From Bacteroidales bacterium (lineage in GTDB: Bacteria > Bacteroidota > Bacteroidia > Bacteroidales > WCHB1-69), in assembly GCA_024682995.1 (NCBI GenBank), contig JAIKYR010000043.1:1-60852 (forward strand): a DNA stretch of 60,852 nucleotides. Reading direction: 5' to 3'. Within the stretch, counting starts at the first letter, position 1; each line of letters begins with the position of its first letter. Positions 49,396 to 59,330 of the stretch are shown here, piece by piece. The notes under the pieces were generated by a model. The model was given only the letters and a program-made list of their open reading frames with translations, had not been told where the DNA came from and made no database searches. Position numbers and translations under genes: made by a program.

Positions 49396-50484
49396 TTATG
49401 GATCATCATTCTTTCCCCAACAAACGACATTGTCACATTGCTTTAGCACTTCATCTCTTTTTCTTGTACTAAACTTATAATTACCACATGGACAATGACG
49501 ATTATATCCAAGATATCTGCATTTTAGTTGATATTTTTCTTGATTCTTTATAATGTTTCCATATTCACACAAAAAGGGAGTAGGATATTTCATGCCATCT
49601 TCGTGACTTTTTATAGCATAGAGCACCTCTTGGTAAATAGGAGCTAGGTTATTTGAACTTAGTATGACTTCCTTCTCGGCTTTAGGATCATAATGTAAAC
49701 CTTCCGCACAAAGGGTATCATCTACTGCCAGGACTTTTCCATACAAACCTGACAAACTTTTAATGTGTCGGAACCATTTTCCCGGCTTAACGGAAACAGG
49801 GTTAGCAAAATTGAAGAAACGTATAGGTCGTTCTTCATCATCGCATTCAACAAGATCTCGTACAGCATCTTTTTCATCATTGATTTTAATCTCAATTATT
49901 CTCCCACCATTTTGTTTTTTATCGTCAGTGCACTCATGAGTAACCCAGACTTCTATACACACTGGCTGTCTTTTATCATTTTGACTATCTGTCAAAAACA
50001 GATCGGCTATATATTTTTTTCTACCATCAGGCAATAGTTGATAATACCCCTTTTCAGAAGTACATGTATCATAAATTTTTTTCAAATCGACAGAATACAA
50101 TCCCTCACAATCGCACTCTCTCCAATGATATTTATCATAGAAAACACAATTTGACACATTCTTACAGACCTGCTTAGCATGATAACTCACAATAAAACTA
50201 TCATTTTCTTCAAATCGCTTTTTTATTGCAGCTTTCGCATATTCATGCAAATATTTGTTTGGATCACAAACACTACCTTTTTCATGTCGAAAATGATGTT
50301 CTCGAACTTCCCCTAGCACTGGAAACAATTCAGCCCCACAACCATAGCAATGATATTGGGTCTGACTTTTATTCTCTTTAGTAATTTCATTTATAAATAC
50401 AGGATTCCCATTGTCGTCTATGGCATAGGGATAAGTATATGCATTATTATCACTTATCTTCGCTGGGGTATTCTTACAAATCAT
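49396..50484 (-). CDS. CoiA-like protein (CxxC/HFxH zinc module plus PD-(D/E)XK-like nuclease domain)
   Basis: CYGCG..L....HHFRH..C; LHEYAK; IADL....CIEVWVTH; AT-rich. Confidence 0.7.
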   Translation of the reverse strand: MICKNTPAKISDNNAYTYPYAIDDNGNPVFINEITKENKSQTQYHCYGCGAELFPVLGEVREHHFRHEKGSVCDPNKYLHEYAKAAIKKRFEENDSFIVSYHAKQVCKNVSNCVFYDKYHWRECDCEGLYSVDLKKIYDTCTSEKGYYQLLPDGRKKYIADLFLTDSQNDKRQPVCIEVWVTHECTDDKKQNGGRIIEIKINDEKDAVRDLVECDDEERPIRFFNFANPVSVKPGKWFRHIKSLSGLYGKVLAVDDTLCAEGLHYDPKAEKEVILSSNNLAPIYQEVLYAIKSHEDGMKYPTPFLCEYGNIIKNQEKYQLKCRYLGYNRHCPCGNYKFSTRKRDEVLKQCDNVVCWGKNDDP

Positions 50485-51052
50485 CTATAGCGGAATTTTT
50501 AACTTTTTCTGTATTAATCTCATCCCAATAAGACAAGACTACAAAACAAGAACTAACTCCATCATGGTTTATCTTTAGTATTATATCACCTTTTGATGTT
50601 TTCCATGATGTCTCATATTTACAACGGTCAAACTTAACTTCATACATCCGCGAATTATCATCTTTAGGCTCAGAATAGCCCTCAAATTTTTCATTCACTT
50701 CCTCTGGCACTCCATACTTTTGTATCAACATCTCCTTAAGATGACTATATGTACCATACAATTGAGACCACGTTTCATTTTCAGGAAATATCACAGCCAC
50801 CTTACTTACCACACCCGTGGACTTGGCACTAATTGCGCCAACTTTACAGTTCTTATAGGCAGCAAATTCACCAGAGAATAAGGCAACACCATCCTGAGTC
50901 ACTTCATGGGTAAATCCTTTCTGTTTCATCTTCATAACAAAATCACTAAGACTTCCATTAATAGGAACACCTTTAAAGGTCATATGTTCCACCTGAGCAT
51001 TAATGGTGATCATTACAAAACATGACAAAATCAAAAAAACAATCTTTCTCAT
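50474..51052 (-). CDS. Secreted hypothetical protein
   Basis: Signal peptide; HMTFKGVPING, L..KYG.P, Y.D..N...DDL. Confidence 0.7.
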   Translation of the reverse strand: MRKIVFLILSCFVMITINAQVEHMTFKGVPINGSLSDFVMKMKQKGFTHEVTQDGVALFSGEFAAYKNCKVGAISAKSTGVVSKVAVIFPENETWSQLYGTYSHLKEMLIQKYGVPEEVNEKFEGYSEPKDDNSRMYEVKFDRCKYETSWKTSKGDIILKINHDGVSSCFVVLSYWDEINTEKVKNSAIDDL

Positions 51053-51069
51053 ATCTAAAATTTCAAAGG

Positions 51070-51711
51070 TTATTTATTAAACATTCGCTTGGGCAATTTC
51101 ACATATTTCAAACAGTTGTCTTTCAAAAAACGCATAACAGACTCCCACTCTTCCTCTGTCTTATAATCAAGCTTCACATCTATCATAGTGGAGTTACCGT
51201 ACTCACTATCAATAATATCAACCAAAAATCCATCTTCGGATTCCAAAGTCTTAACCTTAAAATAAGGATTTGTATTGACATGTGCCTTATCCACCCAGCG
51301 TTCACCGATAGTAAAGCACACAAGATAATCAGGCAGAATCATATCGGGAAGCGGATTACCGTCCGTACTTACATCCTTAAAGAATGTTATACAATTACTC
51401 AATCCCATTCTAGTCAAAATCCCAGGCATCACCTCAAAGAATTGTGAAACAGCATCTTTTCCCGTCTTGTCTTTCCCTGTTTCATCAGCACAAAGCACCG
51501 CCAAATCCGGATTATCGGCCAAATCTTGAAAATAATTATGTTTCAACACTTTGGAAATCCTCGCCAATAATTGAATATCCATATTGTTTCGCCTAAAGAT
51601 ATTATACACATTACTTCTTTTGCAGTTAATAGCTTCTGCAAATTCAGTAATATTCCACTGATTCTTACGAACTTCATTTTCTATCAATTCGCCTATAGTT
51701 TTCTCAGTCAT
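51070..51711 (-). CDS. XRE-family HTH transcriptional regulator with C-terminal extension
   Basis: IGELI....FAEAINCKRSNVYNIF.R..D..LL.RIS..L.HNYF; -7 box TATTTTTGC at about 51738-51746 (minus). Confidence 0.8.
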   Translation of the reverse strand: MTEKTIGELIENEVRKNQWNITEFAEAINCKRSNVYNIFRRNNMDIQLLARISKVLKHNYFQDLADNPDLAVLCADETGKDKTGKDAVSQFFEVMPGILTRMGLSNCITFFKDVSTDGNPLPDMILPDYLVCFTIGERWVDKAHVNTNPYFKVKTLESEDGFLVDIIDSEYGNSTMIDVKLDYKTEEEWESVMRFLKDNCLKYVKLPKRMFNK

Positions 51712-52076
51712 AATGATATTGTTTTTTTTAATCGGTTGCAAAAATATCTTTTCTTTTAAAACAACATTAAAAACTGGTGTATCATATTTTTGTACATAAT
51801 TTTTCAGACATAACCTGCCAGCTTCAAAAAAGATGTTTACATTGAGGATACATAAAAAAGAGCATATACGCAAATCTTAAAGAATGTATCGAAAATGGCA
51901 GGAATGAGATAACAAACTATCTGCTTTACAACCAATTATCTTTTTATAGGGATGCCTGCTTTTGCTTTCTGGCGTTATTTTACCATAAAAGAGCCCTTGG
52001 CTTTTGGTCGTTAGTTATCGGGACTTTGAACCTTGAACCTCAACTAAGAATTTTGAACTATAGCTATGAACTTCCT

Positions 52077-52112
52077 TACTTTCCCACTTTCAACATTACA
52101 AACCCTACAAAC
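52077..52112 (-). repeat. 36-bp repeat arm immediately downstream of lolA
   Basis: Minus strand gtttgtagggtttgtaatgttgaaagtgggaaagta; partner at 18631-18666. Confidence 0.85.
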
Positions 52113-52120
52113 TTCGGGAT

Positions 52121-52765
52121 TTATCGCATATCGTTTACCTCCACGCCGGGGTGCTGGCTTTTGTCAAACACAAAATAGCTGTCTGACAGGGTGACGTTGG
52201 ATTTGAACTGCTCTATATAATAGGTATATACCGTATTGTCTTTGTCATACATCGCAATACGAAGAATATGATGGTTGCTTTTCTGGATATAAAGGCGGAT
52301 ACGGTAATACGACTGCGCGCGCAACGGGGTGAGGTCCACGATGGAGACCGACTGGTTGTTGATGAATTCTTCCCGGATGAACTTGGCGCGGAAATGCTTG
52401 TCCCAACCTTTGAGGATGCGTTGCGGATTCATCATATTGTCATCATCCTCCGGATCATACTCATAAATAGAAACTTCATTAGTGGATTTCTGGTAATTCC
52501 AAATGCTCTTCCCGTCGCAGAAAAACGATTGCCCATTGTAGGTAGTGCGGTATTTTTCACCCTTGATGGCGAAATCACCCTGCGAGGTGCTCAAGGTCTT
52601 GCCCTCTTTGGTGGCTTTCAAGGTGTAATGAAACTGCATAGAGGTGTATGACTGGTACTTTGCAGAGACAGCCTTCAGCAAATCGCCGGCCCCGCCGTCC
52701 ACATTCTGGGCCGACAGGCTCCACGTCAGGAAGAGAGCAATGAACAGGGAAAGGGTATTTTTCAT
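52121..52765 (-). CDS. lolA: Outer-membrane lipoprotein carrier LolA-like protein
   Basis: Signal peptide; KGEKY, DGKSIWNY..NEV.I, F.FD...PGVEVNDMR; downstream of ftsK. Confidence 0.85.
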   Translation of the reverse strand: MKNTLSLFIALFLTWSLSAQNVDGGAGDLLKAVSAKYQSYTSMQFHYTLKATKEGKTLSTSQGDFAIKGEKYRTTYNGQSFFCDGKSIWNYQKSTNEVSIYEYDPEDDDNMMNPQRILKGWDKHFRAKFIREEFINNQSVSIVDLTPLRAQSYYRIRLYIQKSNHHILRIAMYDKDNTVYTYYIEQFKSNVTLSDSYFVFDKSQHPGVEVNDMR

Positions 52766-52867
52766 AATCGATGTTTCAAAAAGGGTTAAATCAAAGGTTT
52801 GCAAAACCGAGTTGCGAAAAAAACGCGGAATAGGATGCTTTATTGTGGCAAATGTTTAAACGTTCGC

Positions 52868-55468
52868 TCAAAGCAGTCCTTTGCTGGCCAGCAGGTCGCG
52901 CAGCTGGGCCTCGGTCTTCATCAGCACCTCGCGGGGCTTGCTGCCGTTGGCCTTGCCCACGATGCCGAACTCAGAGAGCTGGTCCATGATACGGCCGGCA
53001 CGGTTATACCCCAGTTTCATACGACGTTGTATCAAGGACGTGGATCCCTGTTGCGTCTGCACTACCAGCACGGCGGCATCCACAAACAGCGAATCGATAG
53101 CGTCGCCGCCAGCGTCATCATCACCATCATCGAAATTGCCGGCATCGCCTGCCGCCGGATCGGGCACGTCAGGCAACTCGTACGGATGCAACAGCGGACT
53201 CAGCTCGGATTTTTCCTGAATGTAGTTGGCAATCTTCTCCACCTCGGGCGTGTCCACGAAGGCGCATTGCAGACGGATGAGGTCGCTGCCCGTGGATATG
53301 AGCATGTCGCCCTTGCCGATGAGCTGGTTGGCACCCGTGGTGTCGAGAATGGTCTTGGAGTCCACACCCGACTGCACGCGGAAGGCAATACGCGCCGGGA
53401 AGTTGGCCTTGATGCTGCCAGTGATGATGTTGACCGACGGACGTTGCGTAGCGATGACCAGATGAATGCCGATGGCACGAGCCAGCTGGGCCAAGCGGGC
53501 GAGCGGCTGTTCCACCTCGCGCCCCGCGGTCATGATCAGATCACCGAACTCATCGATAATCAACACGATATACGGCAGATAACGGTGGCCCATCGCAGGC
53601 GAAAGGCCGCGCGAGCAGAATTTGGCATTATACTCCTTGATGTTGCGCATCCGCGCCATCTTCAGCAGATCATAGCGGTCGTCCATCTCCTTGCAGAGGG
53701 AATTGAGCACATGCACCACCTTCTTCACATCGTTGATGATGGCCTCCTCCTCGTCGGGCAGCTTGGCCAGATAGTAATTCTCTATAGCCGAATAGAGCGT
53801 GAACTCCACCTTCTTGGGGTCTATGAGCACGAACTTCATCTCCGCCGGATGCTTCGTGTAAAGCAGCGATGTGATGATGGCATTGAGGCCCACTGACTTG
53901 CCTTGACCGGTGGCACCGGCCACCAACAGGTGCGGCATTTTGGCCAGATCCACCACAAACGCCTCGTTGCTGATGGTGCGTCCCAACCCGATAGGCAGTT
54001 CATACTTGTTGTTTTGGAATTTGTCAGAAGAGATTATCTCCTTCATGGAGACGATGTTAGAGTTCTTATTGGGCACCTCGATGCCGATGGTGCCGCGTCC
54101 GGGTATCGGAGCGATGATACGGATGCCCAATGCAGCGAGGCTCAAGGCAATATCATCCTCCAGATTCTTGATCTTGCTGATACGCACACCCTCATCGGGG
54201 ATGATTTCGTACAACGTGACCGTAGGTCCGATGGTGGCGGTGATTTTACGGATAGGGATGCCAAAACTCTTCAATGTGGCCTCGATACGTTTCTTGTTGT
54301 CTAACAATTCGCGTTTCATCAGCTCTTCCGTGGCCTCCTTGGCGGGATAGTCGTTCAGCAGGTCTATAGGCGGGAACTCGTAAGTGGACAATTCCTTGCG
54401 CGGGTCATAGGGTTCCAGATTCCGGACTTCCTCCGCCGTAAGCTCGTGTGGCTCTTCTTCCGGGACTTCCTCAACATCCTCTTCCAAATCATCCTCTGAA
54501 CCAAACGTTTCATCTTTCACTTCATTGGAAACCAGTTCAAAAGGCACTTCCACATCTTCCTTCACTGGTGTGAACGGTGAATTGGAATATTCGGTTTTCT
54601 CGTCGGTATCCTTCTCCGTTTCAAATTCCACCACATTGGCGCCATGGTACTCTTTGCTGAGGCATCCGTGGTCGGTCACATAGAGATCATCGAGGTCCTC
54701 GTGCCGGGTATCCGTCTCTTGCGCGGTGGTCTGTTTGCGTTGTTTCCAAGTCTTGCGTTCCGCCGGCGGGTTCTGTTTCCGTTCCTCGATGGAGGTCTGG
54801 ATCCGCCCGAACCATTCGCTCAGTGGTATGTCATAACACAAGATAAGAATAATGACAAGCAGCACCGCAACTATGAGGTACGTGACCGCCTTCTGCACTG
54901 AAGCGAGCAGGAAGGTGTCCACCAGCGTGCCGAAATAGCCGGCCACGAAGGCATAGTCGCCGTCGGGGCGCACGAAGAGGCCGAGGAACATGGATAGCCA
55001 TGCCATGGTAAGTATCACGTTGATAGTCGTCTTCAGCAAGTTGACGGGAGATTTGCCCACGGTCAGACGCCAGCCATAGAGGAAGAACAGGAATGCGAAG
55101 CCGATGGAGCTGACCCCGAAGAGATCGTTGACGAAAAAGTAGGCCAGATAGGCCCCCACCGTGCGGGCGATGTTATGTGACGCATCCTGCCCATCTGACA
55201 GGACGAAGTGAATGTTGTTGTGCGCATGGAAGTAGAACGACACGATGGAGACGAAAAGCAGCAGGGCGAAGCACATCAACAGCACACCATAGACCTGAAT
55301 CATACGCGGGCTTTTCAACTGCTGGAAAAAGGAGCTCCCCCCCGACGACTTCGAGCTGCTCTTACGTTTGCCTTTCGGGGTGGACCCTTTGCGGACCTTG
55401 GCATGGCGGGTATTGACAGGCTTTGCCGTCTTGGAGTTTCGGGTGATGACTTGACTGGTAACTTTCAT
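52868..55468 (-). CDS. ftsK: DNA translocase FtsK
   Basis: N-terminal TM domain, PHLLVAGATGQGKS, IDEFGD, ATQRPS, gamma domain LIQRRMKLGYNRAGRI. Confidence 0.97.
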   Translation of the reverse strand: MKVTSQVITRNSKTAKPVNTRHAKVRKGSTPKGKRKSSSKSSGGSSFFQQLKSPRMIQVYGVLLMCFALLLFVSIVSFYFHAHNNIHFVLSDGQDASHNIARTVGAYLAYFFVNDLFGVSSIGFAFLFFLYGWRLTVGKSPVNLLKTTINVILTMAWLSMFLGLFVRPDGDYAFVAGYFGTLVDTFLLASVQKAVTYLIVAVLLVIILILCYDIPLSEWFGRIQTSIEERKQNPPAERKTWKQRKQTTAQETDTRHEDLDDLYVTDHGCLSKEYHGANVVEFETEKDTDEKTEYSNSPFTPVKEDVEVPFELVSNEVKDETFGSEDDLEEDVEEVPEEEPHELTAEEVRNLEPYDPRKELSTYEFPPIDLLNDYPAKEATEELMKRELLDNKKRIEATLKSFGIPIRKITATIGPTVTLYEIIPDEGVRISKIKNLEDDIALSLAALGIRIIAPIPGRGTIGIEVPNKNSNIVSMKEIISSDKFQNNKYELPIGLGRTISNEAFVVDLAKMPHLLVAGATGQGKSVGLNAIITSLLYTKHPAEMKFVLIDPKKVEFTLYSAIENYYLAKLPDEEEAIINDVKKVVHVLNSLCKEMDDRYDLLKMARMRNIKEYNAKFCSRGLSPAMGHRYLPYIVLIIDEFGDLIMTAGREVEQPLARLAQLARAIGIHLVIATQRPSVNIITGSIKANFPARIAFRVQSGVDSKTILDTTGANQLIGKGDMLISTGSDLIRLQCAFVDTPEVEKIANYIQEKSELSPLLHPYELPDVPDPAAGDAGNFDDGDDDAGGDAIDSLFVDAAVLVVQTQQGSTSLIQRRMKLGYNRAGRIMDQLSEFGIVGKANGSKPREVLMKTEAQLRDLLASKGLL

Positions 55469-55649
55469 TTACACAGGAAAATTTATAAAAGAGAGGAAAA
55501 TATTCTATTATGATGCAAAATTAGTATAATTTTATCTTAGTTATTCCGTTAAGTAATTCGGAATATGAACATATTCATGTTAGAAAAAAACAAGTCAGAT
55601 AGGATTCTATTCGGCTCATTGATATTATTTTTGCTCAAAATTTTTAGCT

Positions 55650-56348
55650 ATGCGTCATTTATTGTTATTACAGGCCGATTCCGGTGCCATGCCGGTTGTT
55701 GCCGAACAGGCCTCCCAAGTGCAGGAGACCTCCTATTTCCAACTTGTATTTGCGCTCAACAGCTTATGGATTATGATCCCGCTGTTTCTCATGCTGGGCT
55801 TCGCCATCTACCTGTTTGTCAAGAAGCTGATGGTGCTGAACCGTGCCTCCAAGGAGGAATACAACTTCATGAACAACATCCGCGACTTCATCCACGATGG
55901 CAAGCTGGACTCCGCCATGGCGCTTTGCAAGGGCAACGACAATCCGTCGGCCCGTCTGATTGAGAAGGGTCTTACGCGCATCGGCCGCCCACTGGATGAT
56001 GTGCGCACTGCCGTGGAGAACGAAGGTAACATTGAGGTAGGCCGTCTGGAGAAAGGCGTGTCCGCGCTGGCCACCATCGCCGCCATCGCCCCGATGCTCG
56101 GATTCTTGGGTACTGTCGTGGGTATGGTCTCCGCCTTCCACAACATGGCCGCCGACCCGAACAACTTCAACATCGGCACCCTGTCATCTGGCATCTACAC
56201 CGCCATGATCACCACCGTGGCCGGTCTTATCGTCGGCGTCATCGCCCTGGTGTTCCACAACATGATCGTTTCCAAGATCTCCAACGTGGTCTATATGCTG
56301 GAGGTCCGCACCACAGAGTTCATGGACCTGCTTCACGAAAACGTCTAA
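55650..56348 (+). CDS. exbB: MotA/TolQ/ExbB proton channel protein
   Basis: APMLGFLGTVVGM, GIYTAMITTVAGL. Confidence 0.9.
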   Translation: MRHLLLLQADSGAMPVVAEQASQVQETSYFQLVFALNSLWIMIPLFLMLGFAIYLFVKKLMVLNRASKEEYNFMNNIRDFIHDGKLDSAMALCKGNDNPSARLIEKGLTRIGRPLDDVRTAVENEGNIEVGRLEKGVSALATIAAIAPMLGFLGTVVGMVSAFHNMAADPNNFNIGTLSSGIYTAMITTVAGLIVGVIALVFHNMIVSKISNVVYMLEVRTTEFMDLLHENV

Positions 56349-56360
56349 AAAAGCTCCGCC

Positions 56361-56801
56361 ATGGCTATCAAGATGCAAAACAAAATCGATACGACGTTCA
56401 GCGCCACGTCCATGTCCGACTTGGTGTTCCTGTTGTTGATTTTCTTCATGCTCACCTCCACGATGGTCTCCCCGAACGCCATCAACCTGGTGCTCCCGAA
56501 GAGCAACACAGACAAGCAGCTCGTATCCAAGAACATAGAGGTCTATATCAACGAAGACCTCCTCTACTTTGTCAATCCGGGAGGTTCCAAGGCGCAGCCC
56601 ATCCCGTTTGAGGAGTTGCTGCCAGCCCTTCAGGATGCCGCCGCCAAGGACAACTCCGACATGAAATCCATCGTGTTGCGCGCCGACAAGAGCGTACCTG
56701 TGGAGAATGTGGTTGCCCTCATGGACGTGCTCAATGAAATGAACGAAGCCTACCCGGAAGGGGAACGCTATAAAATGGTTTTAGCCACCGAAGGGAAATG
56801 A
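56361..56801 (+). CDS. exbD: Biopolymer transport ExbD/TolR protein
   Basis: SMSDLVFLLLIFFM, LP, LRADK. Confidence 0.9.
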   Translation: MAIKMQNKIDTTFSATSMSDLVFLLLIFFMLTSTMVSPNAINLVLPKSNTDKQLVSKNIEVYINEDLLYFVNPGGSKAQPIPFEELLPALQDAAAKDNSDMKSIVLRADKSVPVENVVALMDVLNEMNEAYPEGERYKMVLATEGK

Positions 56802-57493
56802 GAGAATCGAACGAGAATAGAAAAGACACTATCGTATCCTGGGGAACGACGGTCGGCACAATGGCACTCATCATTGTGTTGCTGCTTGCCTTCGGCCTGA
56901 AGTCCCAGATTCCACCTCCACCGCCCAAGAAGACCTTCTACGTAGAACTGGAAGCTCCGACGGGTGGTGGCGGCGGCGGTGGCATGGACGCTCCCTCTCC
57001 CACTCATTCCCGTCAACCCTCGGCTCCCAACTACGCCACCCAGAACGCACAAGACGCGCCTTCCGTGGCCCATTCCACCAAAACATCCACCACCCCGCAG
57101 CCCACACAACCTAAAGTGGACCAGACGGCCATTTTCAAAGGCGGCAAAGGTGGTAGTGGAAGCGGCGGCGGCCAAGGTTCCGGCATCGGCACGGGCACAG
57201 GCTCCGGCCTCGGTCCCGGCGAAGGCGGTGGCTCGGGCGGCGGCATCGGCTACGGCACGGGCGCAAGAGGCATGGTGAACAATATTAATACAACTGTTTC
57301 TGAAGAGGGACAGGTAAGTGTGGAAGTTCATGTGATGGCCGACGGCACCGTCAGTGAAGCCCGCGTGGTGAACACATCGAAAAACAAAACCACTATCACC
57401 AATCGCCTCATTCAACAGCAATGTGTGCAAGAAGCAAAACGAGCTCACTACAAACCAGGGAAAGAGGAATTAAGAATAATTTTATTCCACTAA
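56798..57493 (+). CDS. TonB-like energy transducer
   Basis: N-terminal TM, Pro/Gly-rich linker, EEGQVSVEVHV..DG.V..AR C-terminal domain. Confidence 0.75.
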   Translation: MRESNENRKDTIVSWGTTVGTMALIIVLLLAFGLKSQIPPPPPKKTFYVELEAPTGGGGGGGMDAPSPTHSRQPSAPNYATQNAQDAPSVAHSTKTSTTPQPTQPKVDQTAIFKGGKGGSGSGGGQGSGIGTGTGSGLGPGEGGGSGGGIGYGTGARGMVNNINTTVSEEGQVSVEVHVMADGTVSEARVVNTSKNKTTITNRLIQQQCVQEAKRAHYKPGKEELRIILFH

Positions 57494-57496
57494 TAA

Positions 57497-58040
57497 ACGC
57501 GAAGGGCGTGAAGGACGCAAAGTGTTCGCAAAGTCTTTATAATCCATTCACAATCCGCTTGATTCCCTGCTTCATCAATTCCACATTGAAGTTCATCAGC
57601 AATCCTAACTTATAACCTCCCAGTCGAAGATATGTCAACGTTTGCGCCATGTGAATACCTGCCAAAGCAGCCACGCTTTTTGTTTCAATCACCACTTTCT
57701 GATCAACTAATAAATCAATTCGAAAGGCGTGCTCAATAACGATATCGTAATATATTATAGGTAAATATTTTTCCTTCTCCACCCGCAAGTCTCGAGATAG
57801 TAACTCATAAAACATACATTCTTGGTATGTCTTCTCCAATAATCCCGGCCCCAGATACTTATGTACTTTCACCGCCGCATCCACAATAATCCGCGCCAAT
57901 TCATTCTCACTCATAACCAACCATTTTTAACATAACACTATATGTAAAACATTAATATCATTAAATTATTGCATAAAAAACAATAAAAATAAAAAAATAT
58001 TAATCCCAATAATTCTTTGCGTCCTTCGTGTCCTTTGCGT
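57497..58040. mobile_element. GxxExxY cassette bounded by 26-bp tandem-unit inverted repeats
   Basis: Left arm 57497-57522, right arm 58015-58040; AT-rich interior; antisense to host operon. Confidence 0.75.
57537..57914 (-). CDS. GxxExxY protein (PD-(D/E)XK-like nuclease fold)
   Basis: VH..LGPGLLEKTY, RIDLLV...VVIETKSV, AQ.LTYL...GLLMNF. Confidence 0.93.
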   Translation of the reverse strand: MSENELARIIVDAAVKVHKYLGPGLLEKTYQECMFYELLSRDLRVEKEKYLPIIYYDIVIEHAFRIDLLVDQKVVIETKSVAALAGIHMAQTLTYLRLGGYKLGLLMNFNVELMKQGIKRIVNGL

Positions 58041-58043
58041 ATC

Positions 58044-59330
58044 ATGTATAACTCCCTTCTCGAAGAAATATTCCACGCCTACCCGATGTACCATAAAGTT
58101 GGGACGGCAGCATATAAAGAGGGCCTCGAGAATATCGAAGCCCTGTTGCAAATCGTGGGCAATCCTGAAAGAAAACTCAAAGCCATACACATCGCCGGCA
58201 CCAACGGCAAAGGCTCCGTGGCCCATCTCACCGCCTCCTATTGCCAGGAACGCGGACTGAAGACCGGCCTCTTTACCTCCCCACATCTGGTGGACTTCCG
58301 CGAACGCATCCGCATCAACGGCGTAATGATTCCTGAAGAAAAAGTGCTTGAGTTCTTCCAGAAATTCAAACCCTCTTTCAACAAACTCGAACCCTCTTTC
58401 TTTGAGATGACTACTGCTTTGGCGTTCTGGTATTTCGCCGAGCAGCATGTGGATGTCGCCGTGGTGGAAGTGGGCCTCGGCGGGCGGCTTGACGCCACCA
58501 ACGTACTCTCCCCCATCCTCTCCGTCATCACCAACATCACTCTGGAACACACCAACTTGTTAGGCGACAGCATTGCCAAAATAGCCTTCGAAAAAGCCGG
58601 CATCATCAAACAGGACACCCCCGTGGTTGTGGGCGAATTTCACCCGGAAAGCTATCCCGTCTTCACCGACATTGCCAACCAGAAAAACGCCCCGCTCTTC
58701 TTAGCGGAAAACAATTTCTCCGTGGAGGGCAATCTCTCCGACTGCAAAATCCTTGACATGGAGGGTGAAACCCTTTATGAGCACGTGCACACCCCTCTCG
58801 AAGGCGAATACCAGCGTAAAAACCTCGTCACATTCCTGCAAGTGGCGGAACTGCTCCAGCAAATAATGCCCTATGACAAGGATGTCACCGTGCAGGCCAT
58901 TGAACACGTTACGACTAACACGGGACTGTGCGGGCGCTGGCAGGTGCTGCGCCGCGAGCCGCTCACCATCTGCGACGTGGGACACAATCTCGGCGGGTTG
59001 AGCCTCACCATGAAGCAATTGGCTGACATTCCCTGCCGACAGCTACGTATGGTGTTCGGCATGGCCGCCGACAAGGACCTTGACCATATCCTACCACTCT
59101 TGCCCTCAAAAGCAAAATATTACGTTTGCCAAGCGCCTACCAACCGAGCCATTGTCGCGGAGGAGTTATCCAGCCGTCTGACGGCTCTCGGGTTGTCGTG
59201 CACCACCATTCCCGATGTGTGCGAGGCGTTCCGAAAAGCCAACAGCGATGCCGCGCCCGACGACATAGTATTCATCGGAGGAAGCTGCTTCGTCGTGGGT
59301 GAGCTCCTCTCCCATCTCTTCCTCTCTTAA
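58044..59330 (+). CDS. folC: Bifunctional folylpolyglutamate synthase/dihydrofolate synthase
   Basis: HIAGTNGKGS, TSPHL..FRERIRING, EVGLGGRLDATN, GRWQ, DVGHN. Confidence 0.96.
   Translation: MYNSLLEEIFHAYPMYHKVGTAAYKEGLENIEALLQIVGNPERKLKAIHIAGTNGKGSVAHLTASYCQERGLKTGLFTSPHLVDFRERIRINGVMIPEEKVLEFFQKFKPSFNKLEPSFFEMTTALAFWYFAEQHVDVAVVEVGLGGRLDATNVLSPILSVITNITLEHTNLLGDSIAKIAFEKAGIIKQDTPVVVGEFHPESYPVFTDIANQKNAPLFLAENNFSVEGNLSDCKILDMEGETLYEHVHTPLEGEYQRKNLVTFLQVAELLQQIMPYDKDVTVQAIEHVTTNTGLCGRWQVLRREPLTICDVGHNLGGLSLTMKQLADIPCRQLRMVFGMAADKDLDHILPLLPSKAKYYVCQAPTNRAIVAEELSSRLTALGLSCTTIPDVCEAFRKANSDAAPDDIVFIGGSCFVVGELLSHLFLS

Noticed and set aside
48802-49480. Several short ORFs over the palindromic repeats
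   Set aside because: Arg/Ala-rich translations of GC-rich palindromes, not credible proteins
57140-57262. GGC-rich repeats in the TonB-like gene
   Set aside because: Encode a normal Gly/Ser-rich linker
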